A stretch of DNA of 60,645 nucleotides from Mariniblastus sp. (GTDB lineage: Bacteria; Planctomycetota; Planctomycetia; Pirellulales; Pirellulaceae). The stretch lies in contig JBLINZ010000001.1 in the NCBI GenBank assembly GCA_047639375.1, positions 1-60,645 on the forward strand, read 5' to 3'. Shown here piece by piece: positions 49,682 through 60,574 of this stretch; the first letter of the stretch is position 1; each line of letters starts with the position of its first letter. Below the pieces are notes generated by a model. The model was not told the DNA's origin and searched no databases. It worked only from the letters and a program-made list of their open reading frames with translations. The translations under genes and the position numbers were made by a program.

Positions 49682-51019
49682 CTATTTGGTAAAAGTTACT
49701 TTGCGATCAATCAACTTGGGTGGCGCGTCTTTTAATATTCCATCAAGTACCGGTTGTAAACGCTTGCGCTCGGCTTCGCCTTCTGGCCCGGTCACAGGAG
49801 ACTTTTCCAGCCAATCATTTGGAACGTTGAAAAGCGAACCATCAGCGTACAGTTTCCAATTCGCGTCCCGGACGAAACATCGGTACGGCGCATTGCCACT
49901 TTTTGAATAGGATTGAAACATCCAGCCACGAGCGTTCGACGAGTCGCCTTTTATCATTGGTAAAAAGCTCTGTCCGTCGGTGCCCGCAGGCGCGGTCGAT
50001 CCGGTAACTTCAGCCATGGTAGGCAGCACATCGGCAAATCCAATGGGCGATTCGACAATGGTCCCCGGTTTGATCACGCCACGCCAATTGGCGACAAACG
50101 CGACACGGTTGCCTGCGTCTTGCATGGTTCCCTTGCCCCCACGAATCTGGCCTCTTGGAGGAAAGGGAGAAGTCAGCTTGACATTGGTTCCGTTATCGCC
50201 AGTCACGATGATTAGCGTATTGTCTCGCAATCCAGTCTCATCGAGTTTATTCACAATCTTGCCAATCACCTTATCCATGTAATTCACCATCTCCCGGAAA
50301 TGTTCGATGGGCTCACGGTTTTCGTCTTTCAGTTTCCAGTCAACGCTGTCCGGCGTTGGGACGAACGGTGAGTGCGTCAGGATCATGGGGTAGTAGACGA
50401 AGAACGGCTCGTCTTTTTTGCGCTCAATAAATTCACAAATGAAATCGGAAACCAGGTCCGGACCGTATTTGCCTTCCGTGTCCGGTACAAGTTTGCCATT
50501 CTCGAACAGTCGCGGAGATTTGAAACGCGACCCTTTATTTAGGAATTTTTCGGGCAACGGCGCTTTCCCATCATTTCGTCCGTGAGAAGGGGAAAAGTGC
50601 CAGAGGCAATAGTCGTCAAAGCCGACTTTGTGTGGTCCGTCCAAATCGCCAGGTGAAAGCTGCCACTTGCCGGCAATCGCAGTTGCGTAGCCATTGCGTT
50701 TGACCATCGTGGCAAACGTTGGTTGCGTCAGATCGAGTTCACCGAACCGGGTGTAGTTTCTGAAGTTGTATCGTCCCGTCATGATTCGGACGCGGGATGG
50801 TGTGCAGATGGGTTGCGAATAGGCCTGTGTGAATTCTACGCCGGTTGCTGCCAGCTGGTCGATATTTGGCGTTTGGTAAAACTCGCTCCCTTTGTGGCTG
50901 TAGCATTCAAACCCGATGTCATCCGCCATGATGACGATTACATTGGGCTTGTCTTGTGCCTTCAAACCAGCACCGCCCAGCACCAATGTGATCGTCAAGA
51001 TATTGAGAAGTGTTTTCAT
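49682..51019 (-). CDS. formylglycine-dependent sulfatase (S1)
   Basis: signal peptide; KPNVIVIMADDIG; CTPSRVRIMTGRY; AGKWQL; GDNG. Confidence 0.95.
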   Translation of the reverse strand: MKTLLNILTITLVLGGAGLKAQDKPNVIVIMADDIGFECYSHKGSEFYQTPNIDQLAATGVEFTQAYSQPICTPSRVRIMTGRYNFRNYTRFGELDLTQPTFATMVKRNGYATAIAGKWQLSPGDLDGPHKVGFDDYCLWHFSPSHGRNDGKAPLPEKFLNKGSRFKSPRLFENGKLVPDTEGKYGPDLVSDFICEFIERKKDEPFFVYYPMILTHSPFVPTPDSVDWKLKDENREPIEHFREMVNYMDKVIGKIVNKLDETGLRDNTLIIVTGDNGTNVKLTSPFPPRGQIRGGKGTMQDAGNRVAFVANWRGVIKPGTIVESPIGFADVLPTMAEVTGSTAPAGTDGQSFLPMIKGDSSNARGWMFQSYSKSGNAPYRCFVRDANWKLYADGSLFNVPNDWLEKSPVTGPEGEAERKRLQPVLDGILKDAPPKLIDRKVTFTK

Positions 51020-51344
51020 GATTTGGCAATTCCTGTTTTTTGAAACATTTCAACCTCTGCGAACTGGTACGGCCAGCTTCGCCGCAACAGACACTTTATC
51101 ACTTTTCCATCGGGCCGTAGGCCATGCCCAAGCGGATCGCAGCCCTGGAGGCAAAAAGACAAAGGTTTTTCAAACACAAATTTTTGTCGGCGGCGGTTCG
51201 TGCTTGCTCAACTGATGCGACGCCCACTCCCGTTATGGCAGCTATCTATGAATTGCAGATTGCGATGTTCGTGATGATGTTGTGCATACGACTCTCTTTG
51301 TACTTCTGAATTTTGAGTGTGTTTATGGTGGACAAACAGGTTCA

Positions 51345-52325
51345 TTAGTATGCCCCCCGGATGTGTTGTTTCACTTCATGCTCATAGAACCTGGCTAATT
51401 TTGCGTGCAGATCTTTCGGCAGCGGTGGCAGATCAGAGATAGCGGCATTGGATTGGGCCTGTTCCGGTCGACTTGCTCCAGGAATAATCGCAGAGACTGC
51501 ATCGTGGTCGAGAATCCAGCGCAATACCATTTGAACCATACCCATGTTTTCAGGCAGCATCTGCTTGAGCTGATCAGCCAGTTCAACCCCCTTTTCAAAC
51601 GGCAGGCCAGCAAAGGTTTCTCCCACATTGAAAAACTTGCCGTCGCGGTTGTAGTTCCGGTGATCTGTTTCGGCAAACAAAGTCTCTTTGCTGTATTTTC
51701 CGCTCAGCAGGCCGCTGGCAAGAGGCAGGCGAGCAAGAATGCCGACCCCTTTGGCCTTGGCCTGTGGTAGCAGCTCACCGACCAGCTTCGACCGGAAAAC
51801 ATTAAAAATCACCTGCAACGAGAGCAACCCTTCTTGCTCTAAACAAATAAGTCCTTCCTCGACCGTCTCAACACTCACGCCAAAATGCTTAATCAAACCT
51901 TCCTGCTTGAACTCTCTGAGCCAATTAAAGACATCGCCTTTTCGAAGGCATTCGATGGGAATACAGTGGGCTTGCATCAGATCCAGTTGATCAAGTTGCA
52001 GACGCGTCAGTGAGTCCTCGATAGATTTGCGGACATTCTCTTTCGTATAGTGGTCGGGGAACAAGTCCGACCCTCGGCCAAATTTCGTGGCGATGGTTAG
52101 AGGCGTCTCGCACTGTTTCGCGAACTGACCGATATATTCCTCGCTGATGCCCGCGCCGTAGACGTCGGCTGTATCAAAGAAATCAACGCCGCTTTCCACG
52201 GCGGCATTCATAATTTCAAATGCGGTTGCTTCATCCATCCGGCCGAAATCGCCACCGAACTGCCAGCAGCCCAGCCCCACTTCACTTAGGGTAATACCAT
52301 TCTTTCCCAGTATTCTCTTATTCAT
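51345..52325 (-). CDS. aldo/keto reductase
   Basis: SEVGLGCWQFGG; FFDTADVYGAG.SE; ATKFG; RLPLASGLLSGK; IIPGAS. Confidence 0.95.
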   Translation of the reverse strand: MNKRILGKNGITLSEVGLGCWQFGGDFGRMDEATAFEIMNAAVESGVDFFDTADVYGAGISEEYIGQFAKQCETPLTIATKFGRGSDLFPDHYTKENVRKSIEDSLTRLQLDQLDLMQAHCIPIECLRKGDVFNWLREFKQEGLIKHFGVSVETVEEGLICLEQEGLLSLQVIFNVFRSKLVGELLPQAKAKGVGILARLPLASGLLSGKYSKETLFAETDHRNYNRDGKFFNVGETFAGLPFEKGVELADQLKQMLPENMGMVQMVLRWILDHDAVSAIIPGASRPEQAQSNAAISDLPPLPKDLHAKLARFYEHEVKQHIRGAY

Positions 52326-52422
52326 TCGCTATTCTTCCTCTCAGATATTCGTATTGGCTTCGCAGACTGAGAAGAATTGTAATCCAAACGGTGGTGTTTA
52401 TTTGCTGTAATTTGTTCGGTTA

Positions 52423-52462
52423 CTTTTTGGGGATCTTAAAACCTTTTTGGGGATCTTAAAAC
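52423..52462. repeat. perfect 20-bp tandem duplication CTTTTTGGGGATCTTAAAAC x2
   Basis: read directly in the AKR/ABC divergent intergenic region. Confidence 0.85.
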
Positions 52463-52864
52463 CCAATGGCCTGCTGTTCTGTCCACGAATCGATTCGTAG
52501 TGAAGCATTTGGATGCGTGTTTACGCGCCGGACTTGGCCTTGGATACTGGCGCGGATCCAAATGGGTAGCGAGGGCTCCAATTGCCAACGATTTCGAAGG
52601 ATTCGAAGTTCTGAGTGTTTTCGCTTGTCCGTGCCGCACCATGGTCGCGGTAAACGTTCGTTAGGTCGGAACAGACATGATCAAAACGGCCAAATCTGCG
52701 ATCGAGTGTCCCAGAAACCGCTTTACAACGTTTAATGACCAAGGATTCCGAGTACCATAATGCGATCGTTTGCTGAACGGTCCCGCGATGCGTATGATTA
52801 CCCAACGGGCGCGGAAATGTGACGCTACCGGTCGGTCGCCACTCCGCCAGCAAAACAATAGTCT

Positions 52865-54790
52865 ATGAGCAAACATCCTCTGTCGAGTCGCCAGCGATTT
52901 GAAGAATACAAACTGGAATTCCTGAATCGGGATAAGGCTTCAGAAAAGGATCGGGATTCATCTGACAAAAGACACCAACGAAAATCACAGCGTGACCGTT
53001 CGAGCTGGACGCTCGTTTGTGAATTCTTGGGCTTGCTTCGAGGCCACCGAGGCTCAATCATTTTTTCGATGGCGACGCTGACGATCGCTACGATTCTGGC
53101 CTTGATTCCTCCGGCCGCAGTTAAGCTGGTTGTCGATTATGTCTTGACGAATCAACCGCTTCCGGCAGGCTTCCCCGATTGGATTCCACGGCAACCCTGG
53201 CCCTTGTTGTTGTTGATCGTTGGCGTCGTTCTGGCCATCTCGCTTGTCAAATTATCTTTTCACATCTGGGGACGATGGCACGCCACGCGTGTCACCAAGT
53301 TGCTGCAGATGTCGATCCGCAAGCGGGTTTTTGAACATGCGGCCCGATTACCTTTGCACCGAATTCAGGAACTGAAGTCTGGTGGAGCAGCCAGCATATT
53401 GCGTCAAGATGCCGGTAGTGTTGGTGACCTTGTTTTTGGCATGTTATACAACCCTTGGCGCGCAGTTATTCAACTGGTCGGCAGCTTTTTCATTCTCGCC
53501 TGGGTCGATTGGCGTTTATTGATCGGAGCGATTGGCATTGTTCCTCTCGTCTATTTCACACACCGAACTTGGATCAATCGTATTCGGCCGCAATTTCGGC
53601 GTGTACGCGCTCAACGCGAAGAAGTCGACTCGCTAACAACGGAGTCCTTCGGCGGCATACGGGTCGTTCGCGCCTTCGGCCGTCAGCATGCTGAAACCAA
53701 TCGCATCATGCGCGGAAATCATGTCATGGGACGTCAGGAACTCTACGCTTGGTGGTGGTCACGCACGATTGAGATTGTTTGGGAAACCGTCATTCCGTTG
53801 GCAACTGCAGGTTTACTGGTCTACGGCGGGTGGCGAGTCCTCCAAGACCAACTCACGATGGGCGACCTGATGATGTTTCTTGTCTACATGCTGATGCTGC
53901 TGGCCCCGCTTGCGACGCTCGCGCAAAGCGCCGCAGCATTCCAGAACAGTCTCTCAGGATTTGATCGTGTTTTGGACCTGCTGGATGAACCGCTGGAAAT
54001 GGAAACTGATGTCGAGACAGTTGTGATCAAGCGAACGGAGTTCATTGGTTCGGTCGAGTTTAAGGATGCCAGCTTTAGCTATCCCGGGGCAGATGGTTTC
54101 GCGTTGCAGGACGTGAACTTGCAAGTTGAACCTGGAGAAACCATCGCTTTGGTCGGTCCGAGCGGCGCGGGAAAAACAACGATCTGTAACCTTGTCGCGC
54201 GCTTCTATGATCCAACTAGCGGAACAGTGTTGATCGATGGTATCAATCTGGCTGAAGTCGACGTTGAAAGCTATCGGCGATTGACTGGAATCGTCGAGCA
54301 GGATGTATTTTTGTTTGATGGAACAATCGCTGAAAACATCGGCTATGCCAATCGCCAAGCCACGTTTGACGAAATAAGCACCGCTGCACAAATCGCTAAT
54401 GCCGCAGAGTTCATCGACAAATTGCCCCTCGATTACAACACGACCATCGGAGAACGTGGCGTTAGACTCAGCGGTGGTCAGCGCCAACGACTGGCCATTG
54501 CTCGTGCCGTATTAGCCAACCCCAAGATCTTGATCCTGGATGAAGCGACCAGTAACCTCGACACTGAAAGCGAAAAGCTGATTCAATCCAGTATGGCCTC
54601 GCTCATGGAAAACAGAACTTGCTTCGTCATTGCCCATCGACTTAGCACCATTGCTAGTGCCGATCGAATCGTTGTTTTAGAGAATGGTAGAATCACTGAA
54701 GTCGGCACACATCAATCCCTGATGGAACTTGGCGGGAGATACCACGAGATGGTGATCATGCAAACCAACACCGCGACCGTCTCGGGATAG
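52865..54790 (+). CDS. ABC exporter, fused permease + ATPase (MdlB/MsbA-like)
   Basis: TM domain; GPSGAGKTT; LSGGQRQRLAIARA; ILDEATS; IAHRLST. Confidence 0.95.
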   Translation: MSKHPLSSRQRFEEYKLEFLNRDKASEKDRDSSDKRHQRKSQRDRSSWTLVCEFLGLLRGHRGSIIFSMATLTIATILALIPPAAVKLVVDYVLTNQPLPAGFPDWIPRQPWPLLLLIVGVVLAISLVKLSFHIWGRWHATRVTKLLQMSIRKRVFEHAARLPLHRIQELKSGGAASILRQDAGSVGDLVFGMLYNPWRAVIQLVGSFFILAWVDWRLLIGAIGIVPLVYFTHRTWINRIRPQFRRVRAQREEVDSLTTESFGGIRVVRAFGRQHAETNRIMRGNHVMGRQELYAWWWSRTIEIVWETVIPLATAGLLVYGGWRVLQDQLTMGDLMMFLVYMLMLLAPLATLAQSAAAFQNSLSGFDRVLDLLDEPLEMETDVETVVIKRTEFIGSVEFKDASFSYPGADGFALQDVNLQVEPGETIALVGPSGAGKTTICNLVARFYDPTSGTVLIDGINLAEVDVESYRRLTGIVEQDVFLFDGTIAENIGYANRQATFDEISTAAQIANAAEFIDKLPLDYNTTIGERGVRLSGGQRQRLAIARAVLANPKILILDEATSNLDTESEKLIQSSMASLMENRTCFVIAHRLSTIASADRIVVLENGRITEVGTHQSLMELGGRYHEMVIMQTNTATVSG

Positions 54791-55667
54791 ATTCCGCAGG
54801 TAACGCGAATCCGAATCTTACTCGACCTCGTGCCAAAAATCGTAGTACGGTCGTTTCTCTCGCGACGCAAAAAACGGACGAGCCTTCGAGACATGATGCC
54901 AGCACAAGATCCATTTGTCTCCGATAAGATGTTCGATGAACTTTACCAACCGGTCACGATCGATGCAGTCAAAGAAGCCATCGATGTCGACGTCCAGTAT
55001 CCAGTAAACTCGCTTTCTGTTGATCGCAACGTAACACGCACTGAGGGCTTGACCCTCGCTAAGCAGCGGCCGGAACCCACGCCAGATCGGCTTGTTATTT
55101 TGTGCCCGTATTAAGCGGCAGCGATCGTAGCCCGAATGCGTATGCGAGGAAGAACCCTCGTTGGTGGTTCGCCATCAACGAGGCAATCGTCCTCGTCTAC
55201 AAAAGCTCAGCGTTTGGCACTGCCGCCTGCCGGCAAATCGTTAAACGATCTATCGCCTCGCATTTTAAATCACCATACTCTTACGCAATCAGGTTACCTT
55301 TTTCGCCTTGGGCTCAATGAATCAACAAGCCCAAAACGCCCGGGCTATCCCGGACGCTTCAAACTGAATCCGCCACCTCTTCGCTCACGGGAATGGGCCT
55401 CAACCAATTCGAAATAATTCATCGGTAAAACGACGGAGCGTGGCTCAGCGGAACTCACAATCGTACGGTGAGCACGAACATCAAAACTGTGAAGCAAAGC
55501 CTAGTGAGAATACTTTTGCGAATTCGAGCAACATGTTTATCGAGAGCAGCGTTGGCAGAACCGATTGGACTTGTCTGTCGGGCACGGCATGATTCTGCGA
55601 CGAGTTGTGGTCCTTGTCTTTCGCCGCAGTAAGGTCCGAGTATTTTGCCTTCCAAGCCCAATTCCCT

Positions 55668-55699
55668 ATCGTTCAGCATCGTTCAGCATCGTTCAGCAT
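55668..55699. repeat. 10-bp tandem repeat ATCGTTCAGC x3
   Basis: read directly. Confidence 0.85.
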
Positions 55700-55892
55700 T
55701 CTGACCATTCAGGATTTCACAGGAAAAACTTTTTTCCATTGAGGTGTCGGGCAACTCAGAGATTAAGCGGTTGCCAAGATAGAGGAGCACGTGCGGCCAA
55801 TATTGTGGCTCGGGCGGCCCTCAAGGATTGGAGATCTTCTTTGATCGAAATCCAATCCAATCCGCTGACTTTCAATCCAATCGAGGAATATC

Positions 55893-56393
55893 ATGCAAGA
55901 CACACAGGCACACGCCGGGCGTACTTCTAAGCCGTCCCCAGGAATAGTTCTATGGTTGTGGCGTTGGTTTTGGCGAATCACGCTCGTCGTTTCCCTTTCC
56001 TATGCATGGTACTGCTTCTACGTACCCTCAAACGATATCGCTTGGGCCGACGAGTATCCGTCGGCTAAGCAACTAGCGGTGGAATCCGAAAAACCCATGA
56101 TTATCTTCTTCACTGGCGAGTGGTGTGTTCCCTGCCGAATCATGAAACGCACGGTCTGGGCCGATGATGAAGTTAAGTCGGTGGTCAATTCAGGATTCAC
56201 ACCGATACTAATAGACGTGGGTGAACCGGGGGCATCTTTGGAGGCCCTGAAACGATACAAAGTTTACGTTACTCCAACCACGATCATTGCAGATGCCAAT
56301 GGAAACGTTCTCGAGCGTGTGCAGGGAGCGTTGAGTAAATCCGAATTCCTCACATTGCTTGAGAAGCCGCACGTTCCGAAGCTTGTGCCTTGA
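55893..56393 (+). CDS. membrane-anchored thioredoxin family protein (WCVPC)
   Basis: GAGG RBS; TM anchor; KPMIIFFTGEWCVPCRIM; cis-Pro motif VTPT. Confidence 0.9.
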   Translation: MQDTQAHAGRTSKPSPGIVLWLWRWFWRITLVVSLSYAWYCFYVPSNDIAWADEYPSAKQLAVESEKPMIIFFTGEWCVPCRIMKRTVWADDEVKSVVNSGFTPILIDVGEPGASLEALKRYKVYVTPTTIIADANGNVLERVQGALSKSEFLTLLEKPHVPKLVP

Positions 56394-56505
56394 ATTTTGG
56401 TTCGAGTTCCTCAAAACAGCAATCGATGCGATCGGTCCCGGATTTCTCGTTGCTAAGGAGCTGTTTAAATTGGCGATTGGTAAACAAATTCAGGAGAGAC
56501 TAAGG

Positions 56506-57696
56506 ATGCAATTCAAAGTGACGCTGCTATTCGCGCTGCTCGTATTTGGCAACAGCAATTCAGCTGCCATCGGTTTGGCTACCGACAGCCCGTGGGATAT
56601 CGAGCAATTGTTTCAGGTTCCCAAGTGGGAAAAGACTCAGGCCGCCGCCAAGCCGGGGATGACCGGCCTGCTTTACGATGCGATTCCAGTTCGTGGCAAA
56701 CGGGTCCAGGCTTTTGCTTACTACCGCTCTCCAGAGGGAACGGCCCCTGAGGGCGGTTGGCCGGCGGTGGTCTGTGTGCACGGTGGTGGCGGTACTGCGT
56801 TTGACGTTTGGGTCAAAAAGTGGAATGACCATGGCTATGCGGCGATCAGTATGGACTTGGAGGGTCATTTCCCGAAGGGCTCACCTAGCCGCATGGAGAA
56901 CCCCGGTCTCAAGCGTTTAGGGATCTTCAAAAACTATCAGGATCCTATTGAACAGCAGTGGTACTATCATGCAGTGGCCCAAGCCATCCAGGCTCACTCG
57001 CTGATCCGATCGTTTCCCGAAGTGAATGCCGACAAGATTGGCCTCACGGGAATCAGTTGGGGAGGAACGCTCACCAGTACCATCATGGGGCTGGACTCTC
57101 GATTTAAGTTTGCCATTCCTGTCTATGGTTGCGGCTTTCTTCCCGAGTCCGACGGGAATCAGGGAATGGCAATTAAGCCCGGGGAGTACAGCGATTTTGT
57201 GAACAAGTACTACGATGGTTCCGCGTATTTCAGCAAAGTCACCTATCCGACCCTATGGGTGAATGGCACCAATGACACGCACTTCCCAATGCCCTCAACG
57301 CAGAAGTCTTCGCAAGCCGTAGCCGGTCTGGCCATTCTACGCTTTGAGTTGCGAATGAGTCATGGACACGGTGCGGGATGGAGGCCGGCAGAGATTTATG
57401 CATTTGCCGACAGCATTGTGAAAGATGGCTTGCCACTTCCCAAGCTAACGCCACCGAAGATCGAGGGTGACCAAGTCACGTCATCTTTCGTCTCCACTGC
57501 GAAAATCACCAAGTCCCAGCTTTTGTATACACGAGATTCCGGCCTTTGGCCCCAACGGAAATGGGAAACCGCACCGGCGAAGACGTCTGCTGCCGAGATT
57601 AATGCAATCGTCCCCGAGGGAGCCACGGTTCTGTTTTTCAATCTCACCGATGAGCGCGGGCTGTTGGTCAGTTCTGAATTCATTCAGATTAAATAG
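56506..57696 (+). CDS. secreted alpha/beta hydrolase (acetylxylan esterase/dienelactone hydrolase-like)
   Basis: signal peptide; VHGGGG; GISWGG nucleophile elbow; PVYGCG; NGTND; HGH. Confidence 0.88.
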   Translation: MQFKVTLLFALLVFGNSNSAAIGLATDSPWDIEQLFQVPKWEKTQAAAKPGMTGLLYDAIPVRGKRVQAFAYYRSPEGTAPEGGWPAVVCVHGGGGTAFDVWVKKWNDHGYAAISMDLEGHFPKGSPSRMENPGLKRLGIFKNYQDPIEQQWYYHAVAQAIQAHSLIRSFPEVNADKIGLTGISWGGTLTSTIMGLDSRFKFAIPVYGCGFLPESDGNQGMAIKPGEYSDFVNKYYDGSAYFSKVTYPTLWVNGTNDTHFPMPSTQKSSQAVAGLAILRFELRMSHGHGAGWRPAEIYAFADSIVKDGLPLPKLTPPKIEGDQVTSSFVSTAKITKSQLLYTRDSGLWPQRKWETAPAKTSAAEINAIVPEGATVLFFNLTDERGLLVSSEFIQIK

Positions 57697-58205
57697 ATGC
57701 CATTACCGAGACTATGTTCTTTTGCATATGCACATGCAAAAGTCCGCTACCTTTACGACGGATGAGTAAAACTGACCAACTCCAATTTGAGTACCAAGCA
57801 GAGTGAGAGAAAAGGTTAAGTAAAACGGCAGGTTTGATTGTAGGCTTCATCGGCTTGGCAAGTCAGTCAATGGCACTGTCCATTATCCGCTTTGGCATTT
57901 CGGCTGCTGCAATGATTCATGATGGCTCGGAGAGGATAAAACCAGCTCACTAGCTAATAAAACGCAAGGTTCTTGCCTCGGCATCGGCCCAGGTAAGGGT
58001 ATTTTTCTTTGTTTTTGAATTTGGCGTGTCAGTGATTCGTGGTGGTGCCGGCGACGCTACGGTTGGAAACAACTGGTTGAATCGTTCGTCATTTTTTCAT
58101 GTATCAATTCCATTGCATCAACTTAATGTTAAACTGGACGGCACGGTCAGACAAATTCTTCGTCGGACGGTAACAACGGCACCTAACCCTTTGGGCGTTA
58201 ACATC

Positions 58206-59510
58206 ATGAAGGCAGTAGCAAACTCATTTTTCATCTGCATCGTTTTGATATTCGGAACCAACGTCTCGACGGTTGTTGGGGACGATTACACCGCTGGTGA
58301 CTTCCACAACTATACTCATGATTCCGGCGATGTTCCGAAAAATGATTATCAGTATTCAGTGTATGTCCCGAAGGACTATGACGGCAACAAGTCCTATCCG
58401 GTGGTATTTTACCTGCACGGTGGAGGAAACGGTCGGAGTCATCCAAACCTGGGAAAGCGAAACATGGTTTCGATGACCTTGCGTGACAACGACCGCACAA
58501 CCGATGCAGGCTACAGCCGAAACGCAACCGACTTTTCTGGCTATATTCTCGTATCACCAGTGAAGCCAGTTGCTACATGGAATGCCAAGAAATTCAGCCG
58601 ACTGTACGATCATGTCAAAAGCAAAGTTAGCATCGATGGAAATCGAGTTTACGTCACCGGATTCAGCATGGGAGGGCAGGGGACTTGGCATGTGGGATGC
58701 GGTAAAGATGTAAACTATAAAATTGCAGCCATGATGCCGCTTGGCGCTTGGGGGTGTAATTATGTGAAACGCGGATCGACGCCGAAAACTTGCGACACGC
58801 TGAAAACTCCAGTGTGGGTTTTGCATTGCCCTCAAGACCCCGTTTCCATGATCACCGAGCAACTCTCGTTGTTTCAAACCCACATTGATTGCGGCGGCTA
58901 CGGGCGTTTCACCATGATTCCCGGAGCTAAGCATTTGAGCCGACCTCCCGATGATACGAAGTTTTTTAGCATGCGAATGGGATGGATGTTGTCGCAAGAG
59001 CACGGTACTCCCTTTAACTATGTCCTTCGAGTAAACGGCGGAACCATTGATAAGGTTGCCAGTGGACCTCGGCCGTTCACGGGAGACGATAGTCGTTTTG
59101 GCTGTTACGAACCTGGCACGGTTGTCGAGATTTCGGCGCCCGCATCAAAAGCTGGAAAGACGTTTGTTAAGTGGACCGGCAGTAAGGGGGAATTTGCTGA
59201 CGCGTCCAATCGAAATACGACCTATACCACGCCCGCCGAAGATGAAGTCGTATTGGCAGTTTATGACTCCCAGCCAGCGAATCTAGTTGTCAAAGGCGGG
59301 AAGGCGAGTCCTGCTGCACCGATGCCCGGTCAGATGGTGACGGTCACTGCAAATAAGGATATTGAGGAGAATCAATTTGCGTATTGGAAGTCCAATGTTG
59401 AACTCACCGACACTATTCCGACTTCTCGTTCTCTCCACTTTCTGATGCCGTCCCAAGACCTGGAACTGAGCGTCGTGACGATAGAGTCGTTGCCAAAAAG
59501 AAGAAGGTAA
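58206..59510 (+). CDS. secreted esterase/peptidase-type alpha/beta hydrolase with C-terminal InlB B-repeat-like domains
   Basis: YPVVFYLHGGG; RVYVTGFSMGGQGTW; two repeats of type Y.PG..V.I.A...F.KW. Confidence 0.8.
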   Translation: MKAVANSFFICIVLIFGTNVSTVVGDDYTAGDFHNYTHDSGDVPKNDYQYSVYVPKDYDGNKSYPVVFYLHGGGNGRSHPNLGKRNMVSMTLRDNDRTTDAGYSRNATDFSGYILVSPVKPVATWNAKKFSRLYDHVKSKVSIDGNRVYVTGFSMGGQGTWHVGCGKDVNYKIAAMMPLGAWGCNYVKRGSTPKTCDTLKTPVWVLHCPQDPVSMITEQLSLFQTHIDCGGYGRFTMIPGAKHLSRPPDDTKFFSMRMGWMLSQEHGTPFNYVLRVNGGTIDKVASGPRPFTGDDSRFGCYEPGTVVEISAPASKAGKTFVKWTGSKGEFADASNRNTTYTTPAEDEVVLAVYDSQPANLVVKGGKASPAAPMPGQMVTVTANKDIEENQFAYWKSNVELTDTIPTSRSLHFLMPSQDLELSVVTIESLPKRRR

Positions 59511-60112
59511 GCACCTCTACTGGGCCTGTTGATTTAATCTACGAGACGATTGATCGCTTAACGATTTGCCGGCAGGCGACAGTGCCAAACGCAGAGCGTT
59601 GGTAATCGAGGGCGATTGCTCGTGAGTGGCTAGCCGTCAATGGTTGTTCGTCGTCGCTGACGCGCTTTGAAGTTGCACACTTCTATGCCATCCGTTTTAT
59701 AGCAAGTTGACATGACTTGCTGCCACGAATTAAATGGCGGGTTGACTTCGCCCTGATAACACCAAAACGTTCCGAGCGCACCCCAGCCTGCCAAAGCTTC
59801 AACCGCATGGCCCCTGAACGATTCCCGATGCACATCCCCCCCTACACGACGAAGCAATTTCGAGACGGTTTCCTGAAGACTGAAGTCCGCAGATTTTGCA
59901 GAATCTCGCTCCCACAAAGCCGAATCGTGCAAATTCAAAACTGACGCGTCCGGTTACCATCGCTACCGCCAAAACCAACATTAAATCAACAAGCCAGACT
60001 GATGAGGGTTTCCGACCACAGCAGCATGTTATAATTCTCTTGCCATGTTATTTGGCCTTGGTGTAAGACAAATTCAGAATTCTGATTCGTTTAATCACCC
60101 ATCTCAATTCGA

Positions 60113-60394
60113 ATGGAACAAATTATGGATGAATCGGAAACCACTTCCGAGCCGGAGCCTCCCTCGAAAGAGGAGCTCCGATTGGCGATGAAAGCATTCC
60201 GCAAGCGGCTCAAGCTAACACGTTTGGATGACGAATCCGGAATGGGATATGGCCCAACATCCTCGGGCCAACAATCCGGCATCTTTGCCATTAGGCCGCC
60301 GGACCAGTTTTCCAAAACCGTCTGGCAGGAACTAGCGAAACTAGGGAAGCTGAAACGCAATGGCGGTGGACTGTATTCGCTCGTTGAATCGTAA
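60113..60394 (+). CDS. conserved planctomycete small hypothetical protein
   Basis: ELRLAMKAFRKRLKLTRLDDES..AIRPPDQF...W.EL...GKL....GLY; TGnTATAAT -10 at about 60026-60034. Confidence 0.8.
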   Translation: MEQIMDESETTSEPEPPSKEELRLAMKAFRKRLKLTRLDDESGMGYGPTSSGQQSGIFAIRPPDQFSKTVWQELAKLGKLKRNGGGLYSLVES

Positions 60395-60574
60395 TCAGAT
60401 GGTCAACCGGGCGTGTTCAGTTTCCGACGATTAACTGTGACCCTCGGCCGCATGCTAGGGGCATACACGTCCCTCCCACGGCGGCTCGGCTGGCTAAACT
60501 TGGTTTCGGGTCGTTCAATAAGAAAAGGAAAACCCAGCTCTATCAGAACGGCGCGGGCCAGCGACATGTTCAAG

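Noticed and set aside
52508-52536. Third copy of the GCATCCAAA box (minus strand) upstream of the AKR gene
   Set aside because: The position 14 nt upstream reads CAAGTC, not GAAGAA; a further copy inside cusA (about 25408) also lacks the upstream box
54830-55417. Chain of short plus-strand ORFs after the ABC exporter
   Set aside because: Possibly a decayed gene, but I could not recognise any family motif
52423-55699. Short tandem repeats as a possible CRISPR array
   Set aside because: The units are directly adjacent with no spacers, there are only 2-3 copies, and no cas genes are present
59630-59981. Overlapping short ORFs on both strands
   Set aside because: No RBS or motif support; cannot assign
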